The notes under the pieces were generated by a model. It had not been told where the DNA came from. It did not search any database and worked only from the letters and a program-made list of their open reading frames with translations. A program made the position numbers and the translations under genes. From contig JBOHNX010000001.1 in NCBI GenBank assembly GCA_050730875.1, positions 425,972-489,971 on the forward strand: 64,000 bases of DNA, written 5' to 3'. Of this stretch, positions 39,799-49,279 are shown piece by piece. Origin of the DNA: Candidatus Saccharimonadales bacterium (lineage in GTDB: Bacteria; Patescibacteriota; Saccharimonadia; Saccharimonadales; EFPC-124). Within the stretch, counting starts at the first letter, position 1. The number at the start of each line of letters is the position of its first letter.

Positions 39799-42692
39799 AC
39801 AACGAAGTTAACCAGCCGGCCGGGGACATAGATAACTTTTTTTGGCTCGCTGCTTAAGAATTGCTGCACTTTTTCGTCAGCTTTGGCGGCTTGCTCTACT
39901 TCTTCTTGAGTCGCGTCTGGCGAAAGTTGCAGGTTTGCACGGACTTTACCGTTTACTTGTACGACTATGGTTACAAGGTCGCGCTTCAGCGCGACTTCGT
40001 CCCACTCTGGCCAGCCGCTAATGTGCACTGACGTTTCTTCGCCCATGCGTTGCCACAATTCTTCGGCTGCATGCGGTGCAAACGGTGCTAGCAGCTGCAC
40101 CAATGTTTTTAGTGTCTGCTTCCAGGATTCAGCCGCTTCGGTAAACGGAACTTCTTTTTTGAGCTTGTAGAGTGTATTCGTGAATTCCATCAACGATGCA
40201 ATGGCGGTGTTAAAGCCCATTTCATGCAGATCTTGGCTTACCTTTTTAATCGCAGCATTTGTGGTAGTGGAAAGTTCGGCAGTAGCTATACCGCTTGTGT
40301 CGGCGACTGCGAACGCTTCTGTTTCGGCGGCTTCTTGCACTAACGTCCAAGCTCGGCTTAAGAAACGGTAGGTGCCAGCAACGCTCTCTGAGCTCCACGG
40401 TGTTGTTTGGTCGTACGGTGCAAGAAATGCAATGGCCAGACGAAGCGCGTCTGCGCCGTAGCCAGCATCGATAATATCGTTCGGATTTACGACATTACCT
40501 TTGCTTTTACTCATTTTTGAGCCGTCTTCGGCCAGAATAATACCCTGGCCGCGGCGCGCTTTGTATGGCTCTGGTGTTGGCACTAGATCTTGGTCGTACA
40601 AAAACTGGTGCCAAAAACGCGAATACAGCAAGTGCAGAGTGGTGTGCTCCATGCCTCCCAGGTACAGGTCGACTTCGCCCCAGTAGTCTAACTTTTTGCT
40701 CTCAGCAAAGGCTTTGTCGTTGTGTGCGTCGTAATAACGGAGGTAATACCAAGACGAGCCTGCCCAGTTTGGCATGGTGTCGGTTTCGCGCTTGGCGGGG
40801 CTGCCACATTTTGGACAGGTCGTACTGACCCACTCTTCAATCGCGGCAAGCGGGCTTTCGCCTGTGTCGGTTGGTTCGTAGTGCTCAACCGGCGGCAGTT
40901 CAACCGGTAATTGGTCGTTGGGCACGGCAACAGCGCCATCTTTTGGACAGTGGATGATTGGGATTGGCTCGCCCCAGTAGTGCTGGCGGCTGAAAATCCA
41001 GTCGTGCAAGCGGTAGTTTACGTGCTCTTTGGCGACACCTTTTTTGGTAAGATCGGCAACGATTTTTTCGCGCGCTTCGCTAGAGGCCATGCCATCGTAG
41101 ATGCCCGAATTCACCATCAAACCTTCTTTGCAATACACTTCGCCCAACATTAGGTAGCGATAAAACGCTTCGTGTATGCCGTCGTCAAGCATTGCGGCGA
41201 CTTTGTCGACTGGCTGCCAAGTTACTTTAAACTTGTCTTTTTCGCCGTCGTCCAGGTTGGTGTCGACTCTTTCTTCGTCAATTAATTCGTACAGCAAACC
41301 CTTGCCGGTGACGTGCATATTTTTGTGCTTGGTATTCGAATAAAAGTAGCCATGGCCCATAAAGTCTGCCTCGCGGACAAACTTAAAGTTTTTGTAGCCA
41401 GTTTCTTCGATGATTTCACGCTGCGCGGCCGCCTGGAAACTTTCGTCGCCTTCCAGACCTCCGCCAATCAGCATTTTGCCGCCAAAGCGCTCTTGGCGTG
41501 GACCCCAATCAAGTACAATCACCTTGTTAGTTTTTGGATTGTGCAGAATAATAAACGCTGCTTTTTTGTGCGTTTCGTCGCCCTGGGCATTGCCGAAGGT
41601 CGGTTCTATAACAATCTGTATTGGCAGATCGAACTTGGCGGCAAATTCGAAGTCACGTTGGTCATGTGCTGGCACGGCCATAATGGCACCTGTACCGTAG
41701 CCCATTAGTACGTAGTCGGCAATCCAGATTGGAATTTGTTCGCCGCCGGCTGGGTTCACTGCATAGGCGCCCGTAAAAACACCAGTTTTTTCGCCGCTTG
41801 TATCCATGCGGTCAATTTCTGATTTGCGGCCCGCCTCGGCAACGTAGGTTTCGACTGCTGTGCGCTGTTCATCGGTGGTGATAGTTTTTACCAGCGGATG
41901 TTCTGGCGCCAGTACCATAAAGGTTGCGCCAAACAGCGTGTCGGGGCGGGTTGTGAAAATGGTAATTTTTTTATCTGCATGGGCAACTTTAAAATCGACT
42001 TCGGCACCACGGCTTCGGCCAATCCAGTTAATCTGTTGGTCGGCGATGCGGCTGGGGTAATCAACCGCTTCCAAACCATCAATCAAGCGGTCGGCGTATT
42101 TGGTAATTTTAAGCAGCCACTGCTTCAGCAGCTTCTTTTCGACAGGGGTGTCACAGCGTTCGTGGCGACCGTTTACAACTTCTTCGTTTGCGAGGCCTGT
42201 TTTGCATTTAGGGCACCAGTTAATAGCAATCTCTTCCTGATAGGCCAAGCCTTTTTTGAAGAATTGCAAGAATAGCCACTGAGTCCATTTGTAGTATTTG
42301 GGGTCGTCGGTGCGGATGCTTCGATCCCAATCGACACTCACGCCCAAGGCATCGAACTGTTTTTGGAAATTGCCAATGTTACGGTCGCTCGCCACTTGCG
42401 GGGCGATTTTGTTTTTAATGGCAAAGTTTTCGGTCGGCAAGCCAAAGGCGTCGTACCCCATGGGGTAGAGCACATTGTAGCCGCTCATGCGTTTCCAGCG
42501 CGCCAAAATATCGCCAAGCGTATATTCGCGTACGTGGCCCAGATGCAGCCCATCGCCCGAAGCATAGGGGAATTCGGTTAGCATCACATATTTGGTGTGT
42601 GTTTCGTCAAAGTCTTTGGCCGCGTATAGCTTGGTGTCGGCCCAAATTTTTTGCCATTTTGGCTCGATTTCAGATGGATTGTATCGTTTCAT
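39795..42692 (-). CDS. leuS: Leucine--tRNA ligase carrying an internal Nudix-domain insertion
   Basis: 965 aa. HLGH, CP1 editing domain (TTRPDT, AVPAHDQRDFEFA), KMSKSKGN. About aa 375-518 are extra and contain GGLEGDESFQAAAQREIIEETGY. Confidence 0.93.
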   Translation of the reverse strand: MKRYNPSEIEPKWQKIWADTKLYAAKDFDETHTKYVMLTEFPYASGDGLHLGHVREYTLGDILARWKRMSGYNVLYPMGYDAFGLPTENFAIKNKIAPQVASDRNIGNFQKQFDALGVSVDWDRSIRTDDPKYYKWTQWLFLQFFKKGLAYQEEIAINWCPKCKTGLANEEVVNGRHERCDTPVEKKLLKQWLLKITKYADRLIDGLEAVDYPSRIADQQINWIGRSRGAEVDFKVAHADKKITIFTTRPDTLFGATFMVLAPEHPLVKTITTDEQRTAVETYVAEAGRKSEIDRMDTSGEKTGVFTGAYAVNPAGGEQIPIWIADYVLMGYGTGAIMAVPAHDQRDFEFAAKFDLPIQIVIEPTFGNAQGDETHKKAAFIILHNPKTNKVIVLDWGPRQERFGGKMLIGGGLEGDESFQAAAQREIIEETGYKNFKFVREADFMGHGYFYSNTKHKNMHVTGKGLLYELIDEERVDTNLDDGEKDKFKVTWQPVDKVAAMLDDGIHEAFYRYLMLGEVYCKEGLMVNSGIYDGMASSEAREKIVADLTKKGVAKEHVNYRLHDWIFSRQHYWGEPIPIIHCPKDGAVAVPNDQLPVELPPVEHYEPTDTGESPLAAIEEWVSTTCPKCGSPAKRETDTMPNWAGSSWYYLRYYDAHNDKAFAESKKLDYWGEVDLYLGGMEHTTLHLLYSRFWHQFLYDQDLVPTPEPYKARRGQGIILAEDGSKMSKSKGNVVNPNDIIDAGYGADALRLAIAFLAPYDQTTPWSSESVAGTYRFLSRAWTLVQEAAETEAFAVADTSGIATAELSTTTNAAIKKVSQDLHEMGFNTAIASLMEFTNTLYKLKKEVPFTEAAESWKQTLKTLVQLLAPFAPHAAEELWQRMGEETSVHISGWPEWDEVALKRDLVTIVVQVNGKVRANLQLSPDATQEEVEQAAKADEKVQQFLSSEPKKVIYVPGRLVNFVV

Positions 42693-42815
42693 TCAGAAAA
42701 TTCCTCTTGATATGGTTATTTTTTATGCGAAAAGAGCTACATCCCCCTAGGGGAGGAGCGTGACCATACCAAAAAATGAATCGCGAGTACTCATACTTGA
42801 GGTTAGTATAACAGA

Positions 42816-43067
42816 TTATTCTTGAGTATCGCCAGAAATGCTGGTCGGACTTACCAGTGAAAAACGCGGCATTTTGTTGCCGTCGGCGTCTTCGACTTGC
42901 TCTTCCCACATTTTGAGCGGGCGCGCCCAAACTTGACTGGCGTCGTTACTATATAGCGCCACATACACCACGAGCGGTTCTAGCGTTTCACTATGTCGTG
43001 CGAGCGCCAACACTAAGTAGTCGGTTTTCTTTTTGTAGTGTCTGTAAATTGCGCCGACCTGGACCAT
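42816..43067 (-). CDS. DUF1653 family protein
   Basis: Start ATG 43067 (MVQVGAIYRHYKKK.DY.V...A.HSET.E.LVVY..LY). The track ORF N-extension overlaps murF. Confidence 0.7.
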   Translation of the reverse strand: MVQVGAIYRHYKKKTDYLVLALARHSETLEPLVVYVALYSNDASQVWARPLKMWEEQVEDADGNKMPRFSLVSPTSISGDTQE

Positions 43068-43069
43068 GT

Positions 43070-44365
43070 TTACTCGTTTTCGGCAGCTGCCTGGAACTTG
43101 CCAAATTGTTTTTGTTTGATAGCAAGCCAATCGGAGGTTTGGCGTACCAACTGTTTTTCTTCCTCGGTGTTATGGAGCAAAATTTTGAGCGCTTCTTCAG
43201 CGAATACGCCGTTTTGAGAACCTTTGGCCAGTACGACTGCTTCATTTTGCAACACTTTATGGGCAAAGGCGCCAGCGTCGTACGGGCTGCTGAAGCTACG
43301 AACCTGACAACCTTTACCGCGCGCTACCGGTGCTAAGTAATTTTCGGCGTCGCTGCCGATAGTAATTACCCAATCAAGCAGCGCCGGGTCGCAGGCTTGA
43401 CCAACTTGCTCGTGAGCTTCTTTCGAAAAACCACCTAGCTCATTCATTGAGCCTAAAATAGCAATCCGCTGTTTTGCCGGAAACAGATACAGTGTTTGCA
43501 AGGCAGCGATGGCTGCAATCGGGCTTGAGTTGTAGGTATCGTCAATAAGTGTGCTGCCGAGCAAACCTTTTAACAGGTTCATACGGCCATGGACAGGACG
43601 GATTTGCTGCATGCCGGCCGTAACTTGTTCGGCGCTTAAGCCTAATTTTATGGCCACCGCACCTCCAGCGACAGCTGCGCGAATGTTGTGTTCGCCAACC
43701 AATTGTAGCGATACCGGCAGTTCGCCAAATTCGGGTGATACAAATTTGCCGCTAAACCCTTTACCTGCCGTGAAGTTTTCGGCCAAGTAGTGGTATTCGG
43801 CAATGCCGCTCGTGCCATAGGTGCCGAGCGAATCTGAATGGACGTACTTTGCAAATTCAGCATCTATATCGTCGCGGTTAATTAAATTGAACTTCGAAAA
43901 GTTTGCGATAGAAAGCTCTTCTTTGGCGACTGCTTCGAGCGAACCAAAGTACGCCATGTGCTCCGCAGCAACAGCCGTCACAACTGACACATCGGGCCTT
44001 ATGTAGCGGCTAAAGTAGTCAATTTCGCCAGGGTGGTCGGTGCCAAGCTCTAACACCAGCACGTCATATGGATATGGGCTGTGTAGCTGTTTTTCCATTT
44101 GCCACAAAATTTTTAGCCACGACAGTGGATGCCGCAAACGGAGCGGAATGTGCAAGTTAAAGATAGCCATGGGCACAGCAATGTGCGTGTTATAGCTGCC
44201 GTAATGGGCTAAAACTCGGTATTTCTGGCTCAGCACCGTGGCGACTGCAAGCTTTGTGCTGGTTTTACCAACACTTCCCGTAACCGCCACAATTTTAGGC
44301 GCATTCTTTTTGAGTAATCGCCTAGCTTGAAGTTCAACTAAAAATGTAATGAATCGTTTCAGCAT
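43070..44365 (-). CDS. murF: Mur ligase family protein, probable UDP-MurNAc-tripeptide--D-Ala-D-Ala ligase
   Basis: VTGSVGKTSTK P-loop. Mur ligase middle and C-terminal domain pattern. 431 aa. Confidence 0.75.
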   Translation of the reverse strand: MLKRFITFLVELQARRLLKKNAPKIVAVTGSVGKTSTKLAVATVLSQKYRVLAHYGSYNTHIAVPMAIFNLHIPLRLRHPLSWLKILWQMEKQLHSPYPYDVLVLELGTDHPGEIDYFSRYIRPDVSVVTAVAAEHMAYFGSLEAVAKEELSIANFSKFNLINRDDIDAEFAKYVHSDSLGTYGTSGIAEYHYLAENFTAGKGFSGKFVSPEFGELPVSLQLVGEHNIRAAVAGGAVAIKLGLSAEQVTAGMQQIRPVHGRMNLLKGLLGSTLIDDTYNSSPIAAIAALQTLYLFPAKQRIAILGSMNELGGFSKEAHEQVGQACDPALLDWVITIGSDAENYLAPVARGKGCQVRSFSSPYDAGAFAHKVLQNEAVVLAKGSQNGVFAEEALKILLHNTEEEKQLVRQTSDWLAIKQKQFGKFQAAAENE

Positions 44366-44414
44366 GCCTTAGGTTGTAGTATACCGGAAATAGCCAGCCG
44401 ACTCAGCTTAAAGA

Positions 44415-45482
44415 TTAAATCCGGTTGGAGCGTCTAAATTGTTCTGGCTGTGTGTAGAGGGGGCCGAGGAAGGTTGTGAGGAGTTCGCTCATTGGCTTTG
44501 CGCCCTCAGGCTTTTCTAGTTTTTCGAGTTTTGGTAGTTCGGTAGCCATTGTGAGCGTCAGCGCGGATTCGCTGCCTTTTTCGGTGCTAGTCACTTTTAC
44601 TTGTTTGAGCTTGGGCTCGCCCCGTGTTACCCATACTTCCAGGCTGCCGTCCTCAAGGGTTTCGGACTCTTTTTTAGCATCTTCAATGTCTGCATCGGTA
44701 ACCTTAATTGACTTCAAGTTGGCTGCCTTGAGATCTTGCAGGAAGGCGACCAGCTGGTTGCGGTCTAGTCGGATACTAAAGTGGGCAGTGTTTACACCCT
44801 CGATCGCTTCGTCGCTAAAGGTTTTGTCGGCTCGCAGGAATGGATGGCGTTGGTAGATCTCCCAGACTTTCTTCATTTCTTCGGGTGTCGGTGCGTCAGT
44901 TACTTCATCGCGACCACTGCTTTTTGCTAGGTCCTCGAACTCTTCTTTAGTCATAAAGAACCAAACACCGTCGATGCGCTTTAATGCCGCTGCGAATTCT
45001 GGTGTGTTATATGTTTCCGCCGCATCTGCCGAAAACGTGCTGACTAATCGCTGGAAGTTATCCAGGCTGCCAGCGCGAGTATATAGACTGCCGTCAATCA
45101 CCCGAGCCATAAGACTTACTCGGCTGTCGCCCGTGCCAACACCAACGACGACCTCGCCGTTCTGCTTGTTTGCTTCGTCGGCACGCACGGCAACATCGCC
45201 ACTTATGGTCATGCCGTTGGCTTCGGTGCCACTCAGGAGCTTAAATTTCGCTGCGGCAGCGCTTTGCTTGCCAAGGTTCTCGATTGATTTATTTAAAAGA
45301 TAGTCAGGCGTATTTGTAATATAGGCATACACGCCGAATGCCGCTATACCAGCGACTACGAGCGCAATAATGCCGCCGATCATCCACCATTTCTTTTTAT
45401 TACCGCCAGTTCTTACCGGCAGGCTCGCAGGTGGCGATGGCTGCGGTGAGACAGGCACCTGCTGTTTTTGTACATCGTCCAT
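44415..45482 (-). CDS. Hypothetical membrane-anchored protein
   Basis: Start probably ATG 45482 (MDDVQKQQ...). Pro-rich segment, one TM, large extracytoplasmic domain. Confidence 0.6.
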   Translation of the reverse strand: MDDVQKQQVPVSPQPSPPASLPVRTGGNKKKWWMIGGIIALVVAGIAAFGVYAYITNTPDYLLNKSIENLGKQSAAAAKFKLLSGTEANGMTISGDVAVRADEANKQNGEVVVGVGTGDSRVSLMARVIDGSLYTRAGSLDNFQRLVSTFSADAAETYNTPEFAAALKRIDGVWFFMTKEEFEDLAKSSGRDEVTDAPTPEEMKKVWEIYQRHPFLRADKTFSDEAIEGVNTAHFSIRLDRNQLVAFLQDLKAANLKSIKVTDADIEDAKKESETLEDGSLEVWVTRGEPKLKQVKVTSTEKGSESALTLTMATELPKLEKLEKPEGAKPMSELLTTFLGPLYTQPEQFRRSNRI

Positions 45483-45653
45483 AGTTGCGAAATCCTTGCT
45501 TATGCTTACCTTAAGCATACTTTTTTGTGGCAAAATGGACAATATGGGCGCAAATGCCAAGCAGTGGTTTACGAATTGCTTATGGTACTGTATAAGTTGT
45601 TATAAATATTACATTTGAATCTTACTTGACACAAAAGCGAAAGGCGCCGGTGT

Positions 45654-46739
45654 ATGGATGCACTCACCAAAATTAAAGTAAAAGACTTTTTTAAGACATC
45701 GCGCGTACCGATTGTCGCCAGCGTGGTGGTCGCCGCAGCGGTTATGACCGCTGGCTATGCGCTTTATGGGGCTATTGCTAGCCAGTTTTTCGCTTCACTT
45801 GAAGCAGACCAAGGTACAATTAGCGGCAATGCCGAAGCTGTCAGTGATGCAAATGCCTCCGGCGGCAAAGCACTGCTATTTAAAGCCGGCGCTCCAACTC
45901 CTCCGCCCGCGAGTTGGTGGAAACCAACACCCGATAAACCAATAGCCTTGCACTGGGTACTGGGCGATGCGCTAAATGTAAACGACCCAGTCCAGATGGG
46001 CGTTCGAGACTTTACCGGTAAAACTCTACCCGAGCCAGATGTTTACGATATCGACGGCGAGTACAACACAAAAGCAACCGTCGACTATCTTCACAATAAG
46101 GGCAAGAAGGTCATTTGCTACTTCGACGCTGGCGTATACGAGACCTACCGCAGCGACGCATATAAATTTAAAGCACTTTCGCCACAAATTTGGGGCAAAG
46201 CCGATGTAGGCTGGGACAACTCATACTGGCTGGATATCCGCCGTGTTAGCGAACTCGAGCCCATCATGAAAACCCGCATGCAAATGTGTAAAGATAAAGG
46301 CTTCGATGCGATCGAACCAGATGAAATCGATGGCTGGGAAAACGACAGCGGCTTCGCGCTTACCTACCAAGACCAGCTCAACTACAACAAAGCACTTGCC
46401 CGCTGGGCGCACGAAATGGGCATGTCGATTGGCCAAAAAGGCGATCTTATTCAGGTGCGCGATTTAGTAGGTGATTTCGATTGGACATTAAACGAAGAAT
46501 GCTACCAATACAACGAGTGCACCAGTGTTTACGATCCAGTGCTCAATAAAAACTTCCCTGGCCTACAGTTGTACGTTCAGGCCAATAAGGCCGTCTTCAT
46601 TGCCGAGTACAAAGCGTTTGATGCAACAAAATGGAATTCAATTTGCGCTAATTCTGCAACCAACCACTTCAACACAACTCGCTTCAAATTAGGCTTGCCC
46701 AATAATGGCGGCCGCATGCCTTGCACCGGTACGTGGTAG
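45654..46739 (+). CDS. GH114-like endo-alpha-1,4-polygalactosaminidase, membrane-anchored
   Basis: N-terminal TM. CYFDAG..E.YR, WLDIR, GFDAIEPDEIDGW and NEEC motifs resemble glycoside hydrolase family 114. Assigned from memory. Confidence 0.65.
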   Translation: MDALTKIKVKDFFKTSRVPIVASVVVAAAVMTAGYALYGAIASQFFASLEADQGTISGNAEAVSDANASGGKALLFKAGAPTPPPASWWKPTPDKPIALHWVLGDALNVNDPVQMGVRDFTGKTLPEPDVYDIDGEYNTKATVDYLHNKGKKVICYFDAGVYETYRSDAYKFKALSPQIWGKADVGWDNSYWLDIRRVSELEPIMKTRMQMCKDKGFDAIEPDEIDGWENDSGFALTYQDQLNYNKALARWAHEMGMSIGQKGDLIQVRDLVGDFDWTLNEECYQYNECTSVYDPVLNKNFPGLQLYVQANKAVFIAEYKAFDATKWNSICANSATNHFNTTRFKLGLPNNGGRMPCTGTW

Positions 46740-46740
46740 A

Positions 46741-47139
46741 CTACTGGCTTGCTGGCGTGTAGTCACTCATAATGAGCTTATTTTCTTTAAACTGAACACG
46801 AACCGTAGCATTCAATTTGCTGCCACCCTCGCTGTAGTCACACACTACAGTTGTTAATTCTCGGCATTCACCCTGAATACCTAGCGCACCCATAATCTGG
46901 TCCACTTCTTCTTTCGTCATACCACGCTTAAGCTGCTGTTGGGCTTCTCGCAAGTTCTTCGGTGGCCCTGTTGGCTCCTGCGCTTGCTGCTGGGTTTGTT
47001 CGTTAGGCGTACTGATAGGTTGTTGATTTTGGTTTGTATTGCTACCTCCGTTGGCGATCAACAGAACAATCACTATAACTAACACGACTGCGGCTATAAC
47101 GCCACCGATAATAAGGTATTGTCTTTGCTTGTTCTCCAT
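46741..47139 (-). CDS. Hypothetical membrane-anchored protein
   Basis: 132 aa. One TM, Gln/Thr-rich linker, small C-terminal domain. Confidence 0.55.
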   Translation of the reverse strand: MENKQRQYLIIGGVIAAVVLVIVIVLLIANGGSNTNQNQQPISTPNEQTQQQAQEPTGPPKNLREAQQQLKRGMTKEEVDQIMGALGIQGECRELTTVVCDYSEGGSKLNATVRVQFKENKLIMSDYTPASQ

Positions 47140-47295
47140 AGTCCCCTCTTTTTTACACGCATTTTTTATCTTAAAACATAAGCAGAATTAAGTAAAGTCT
47201 CTTAAGGAGTATCCGCGCCAGTCCCTACGCAGGCTCTCTGCGGCATCGAAGAGGCCCAGCGTCAGAAGGTTGGGTACGCTAATTTCGATAACCCA

Positions 47296-47784
47296 CTACT
47301 CACTGAAGCATTCGTTGCGCTCTGCTAGCAATGAGGCCATACCTCGCTGAACGGCGAGTGGGATAGACCCGAGATGTTCCTGAATCTCCTCGAAGGAGGC
47401 AAACTGCGCTACGCTGCGTCTAGAACGAAACTCGGTAGCTCTTTCAACGAGGGCGTGTATGCAGACGATGTCTTCCTTGGTTCCGGATGTGTCATCCACG
47501 AAGCTGTAGTGCACGATCGTTTGTCTCACTAGCTCGCGGTAACTGCGCAGCGCGAGGCCATACGAGTGCAGCCACCTCACGAGCTGGAGCGCGACATCGC
47601 TCGATTCATCAAGCTCTATGCATGGTACGTAGTAAAACTCCTCGCTGTAGCCGTTGTTCTCCTCGTCATTGTCGACTGAGCATAGCAGCAAGAACCTTCC
47701 AGCATCGAGCTTCATGTGCTCCTCGACTAAAAGATAGGCTATGGTGCGCTTTGGCGCGAATGGCTGCGTGAGATTCTTCTTCAC
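47296..47784 (-). CDS. Hypothetical protein in elevated-G+C island F
   Basis: 162-aa ORF (GTG start per track). Spot count 37/60 G+C at 47521-47580. No family recognised. Confidence 0.55.
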   Translation of the reverse strand: MKKNLTQPFAPKRTIAYLLVEEHMKLDAGRFLLLCSVDNDEENNGYSEEFYYVPCIELDESSDVALQLVRWLHSYGLALRSYRELVRQTIVHYSFVDDTSGTKEDIVCIHALVERATEFRSRRSVAQFASFEEIQEHLGSIPLAVQRGMASLLAERNECFSE

Positions 47785-47961
47785 AATGGCTTAATTGTAA
47801 TACGACATCGCACAACGAGCTAGATTACGGAGCGTAGCACAAGTCTGCTGCAGCTTACGAGCCTGGTCCGCTGTATCTGAAGCGTTCCTTTTACATGCTG
47901 TGCCCATACCGGGGCCGTAGTGGTTGTGGTTCTCATGCTGTTTAAAAATGGCGAGGTTGGC

Positions 47962-48690
47962 CTATTTCCCAGCCGCGGCTTCATCCACGAGCCATGTCAC
48001 ACGACCGCCCGCATCCTCGACCGTCTTGACAGCCTGGGCAATTGGCAACGCGCTGTCACTATTAAGCGCACGCCGAAGGGCCTCAGCCTTGCCAGCCCCC
48101 GCCGCCAAGACAAGACAGCTAGCCGCACCTTCAAGCGCTCGCAGGGTCAAGCTGATACGGTCCGGTGGGGGTTTTGGTGAGTTATGCACTGGCACAACCA
48201 AGCGTTGGGACGGCTCTGCGTCCGGATGATTAGGGAAGAGTGACAACGTATGACCATCTTCGCCTACACCGAGCCACACATGGTCAAGCCGGGGGCGGCC
48301 ATGCTTGTTGTGAGGAAGCCTTTCGAGTAGTGATTCGTAGTGCTCGGCTGCTTCCTCTGCACTAACGCCGCCCTTCGGTTCAAGACGTCCGGCCGCAGAA
48401 AGGTCGAGGTGTCGAAGAAGCACCTCGCTTGCTTGTCGCCAGTTAAAGTCGGGATTGTCAGAGAGGACGCATCGTTCATCGCCCATAAGCACGCGGACGT
48501 GTTGCCAATCCACGTCGTTCCGATATTCTTGGGTAATCACTCGATAAGCCGCGCCCGGTGACGTACCGCCCGCCAGTACCCATGTCGCGCTGCCGTTCGC
48601 GCGTATCGCAGCTTGCAGTTCAGCGATTGCCGTCTTCGCTGCCGCCCGAGCCACTGCTTCAACGTCCTTCAGTACTCGTACTTCAGCCAC
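47962..48690 (-). CDS. pgl: 6-phosphogluconolactonase
   Basis: LAGGTSP, MGDERCV, LGVGEDGHTLSLFP motifs. GTG start after GGAGGAAA. Confidence 0.88.
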   Translation of the reverse strand: MAEVRVLKDVEAVARAAAKTAIAELQAAIRANGSATWVLAGGTSPGAAYRVITQEYRNDVDWQHVRVLMGDERCVLSDNPDFNWRQASEVLLRHLDLSAAGRLEPKGGVSAEEAAEHYESLLERLPHNKHGRPRLDHVWLGVGEDGHTLSLFPNHPDAEPSQRLVVPVHNSPKPPPDRISLTLRALEGAASCLVLAAGAGKAEALRRALNSDSALPIAQAVKTVEDAGGRVTWLVDEAAAGK

Positions 48691-48759
48691 AAAGCTTTCC
48701 TCCTATCATTTAATGGTTACTATAACATCAAAGCGCCATTCGGCGAACACGCGCATCCT

Positions 48760-48951
48760 TCACTGTCCAAGGTCTGCGCCATAATACTGCTCTTTGCGCC
48801 GCCCCTCCTTCATCTCATGTTCCGCCTCTAGGCGAGCGATGTCCACGAAGGTCGTTATCGCAGGGGGCAGAATGGTCTCGGAGGAGACCAACGGGCGTCG
48901 ATCCACACCGTCCCAGGTGTTCGTGGGGACGTTCGGTAACGACGGGAACAA
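48760..48951 (-). CDS. Possible small ORF or 3' fragment of a truncated gene upstream of pgl
   Basis: High-G+C open frame ...VDRRPLVSSETILPPAITTFVDIARLEAEHEMKEGRRKEQYYGADLGQ. No ATG; the only candidate starts are a TTG at 48949-48951 and an internal GTG. The track extends it through tRNA-Ala, which is spurious. Confidence 0.3.
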   Translation of the reverse strand: MFPSLPNVPTNTWDGVDRRPLVSSETILPPAITTFVDIARLEAEHEMKEGRRKEQYYGADLGQ

Positions 48952-48962
48952 GATCCAAAAGC

Positions 48963-48990
48963 AAACCACGCCCGCTTCCGGGCGTGGTTT
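48963..48990 (-). terminator. Perfect 12-bp hairpin downstream of tRNA-Ala
   Basis: AAACCACGCCCG cttc CGGGCGTGGTTT. The minus-strand reading is followed by GCTTTTGG. Confidence 0.6.
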
Positions 48991-49004
48991 GAATGAGTGC
49001 GGTT

Positions 49005-49081
49005 TGGTGGAGCATATCGGATTCGAACCGATGACCTCTTCCATGCCATGGAAGCGCGCTAGCCAACTGCGCCAATGCCCC
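49005..49081 (-). tRNA. tRNA-Ala (anticodon GGC)
   Basis: Hand fold: acceptor GGGGCAT/ATGCTCC with G3:U70, D stem GCGC/GCGC, anticodon stem CTTCC/GGAAG with loop ATGGCAT, T arm ATCGG-TTCGAAT-CCGAT, encoded CCA. Confidence 0.88.
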
Positions 49082-49123
49082 GTCAACCTAGACATTTATA
49101 CCATTTCCCACCTCTCAAAGCAA

Positions 49124-49153
49124 TAAAAACTGCCGCGTTCTGTAGCGACAGTT
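49124..49153 (-). terminator. Intrinsic terminator after ligA
   Basis: Minus strand AACTGTCGC tacagaac GCGGCAGTT followed by TTTATTGCTTT. Confidence 0.55.
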
Positions 49154-49279
49154 CTTATGCGCTGTTGCGCGCCCACCCGGGCTCTTTTTGTGTTTTGGCA
49201 GTTTTTGTTTCGATGGTGCACACGCGAAGAGCCTGAAGCGCACCAGCTTGCTCTTAACTATGGCACAAATGCGCTTATG

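Noticed and set aside
42693-42815. T-box or other leader upstream of leuS
   Set aside because: Only about 120 nt are available. I could not find specifier, T-box or antiterminator elements, only a short CCCCTAGGGG palindrome with no usable loop.
48760-49095. 111-aa track ORF, and sister frames, reading through tRNA-Ala
   Set aside because: The 5' half is the antisense/sense of a tRNA and its terminator hairpin. Only the high-G+C 3' part (48760-48951) might be coding, and it is listed at low confidence.
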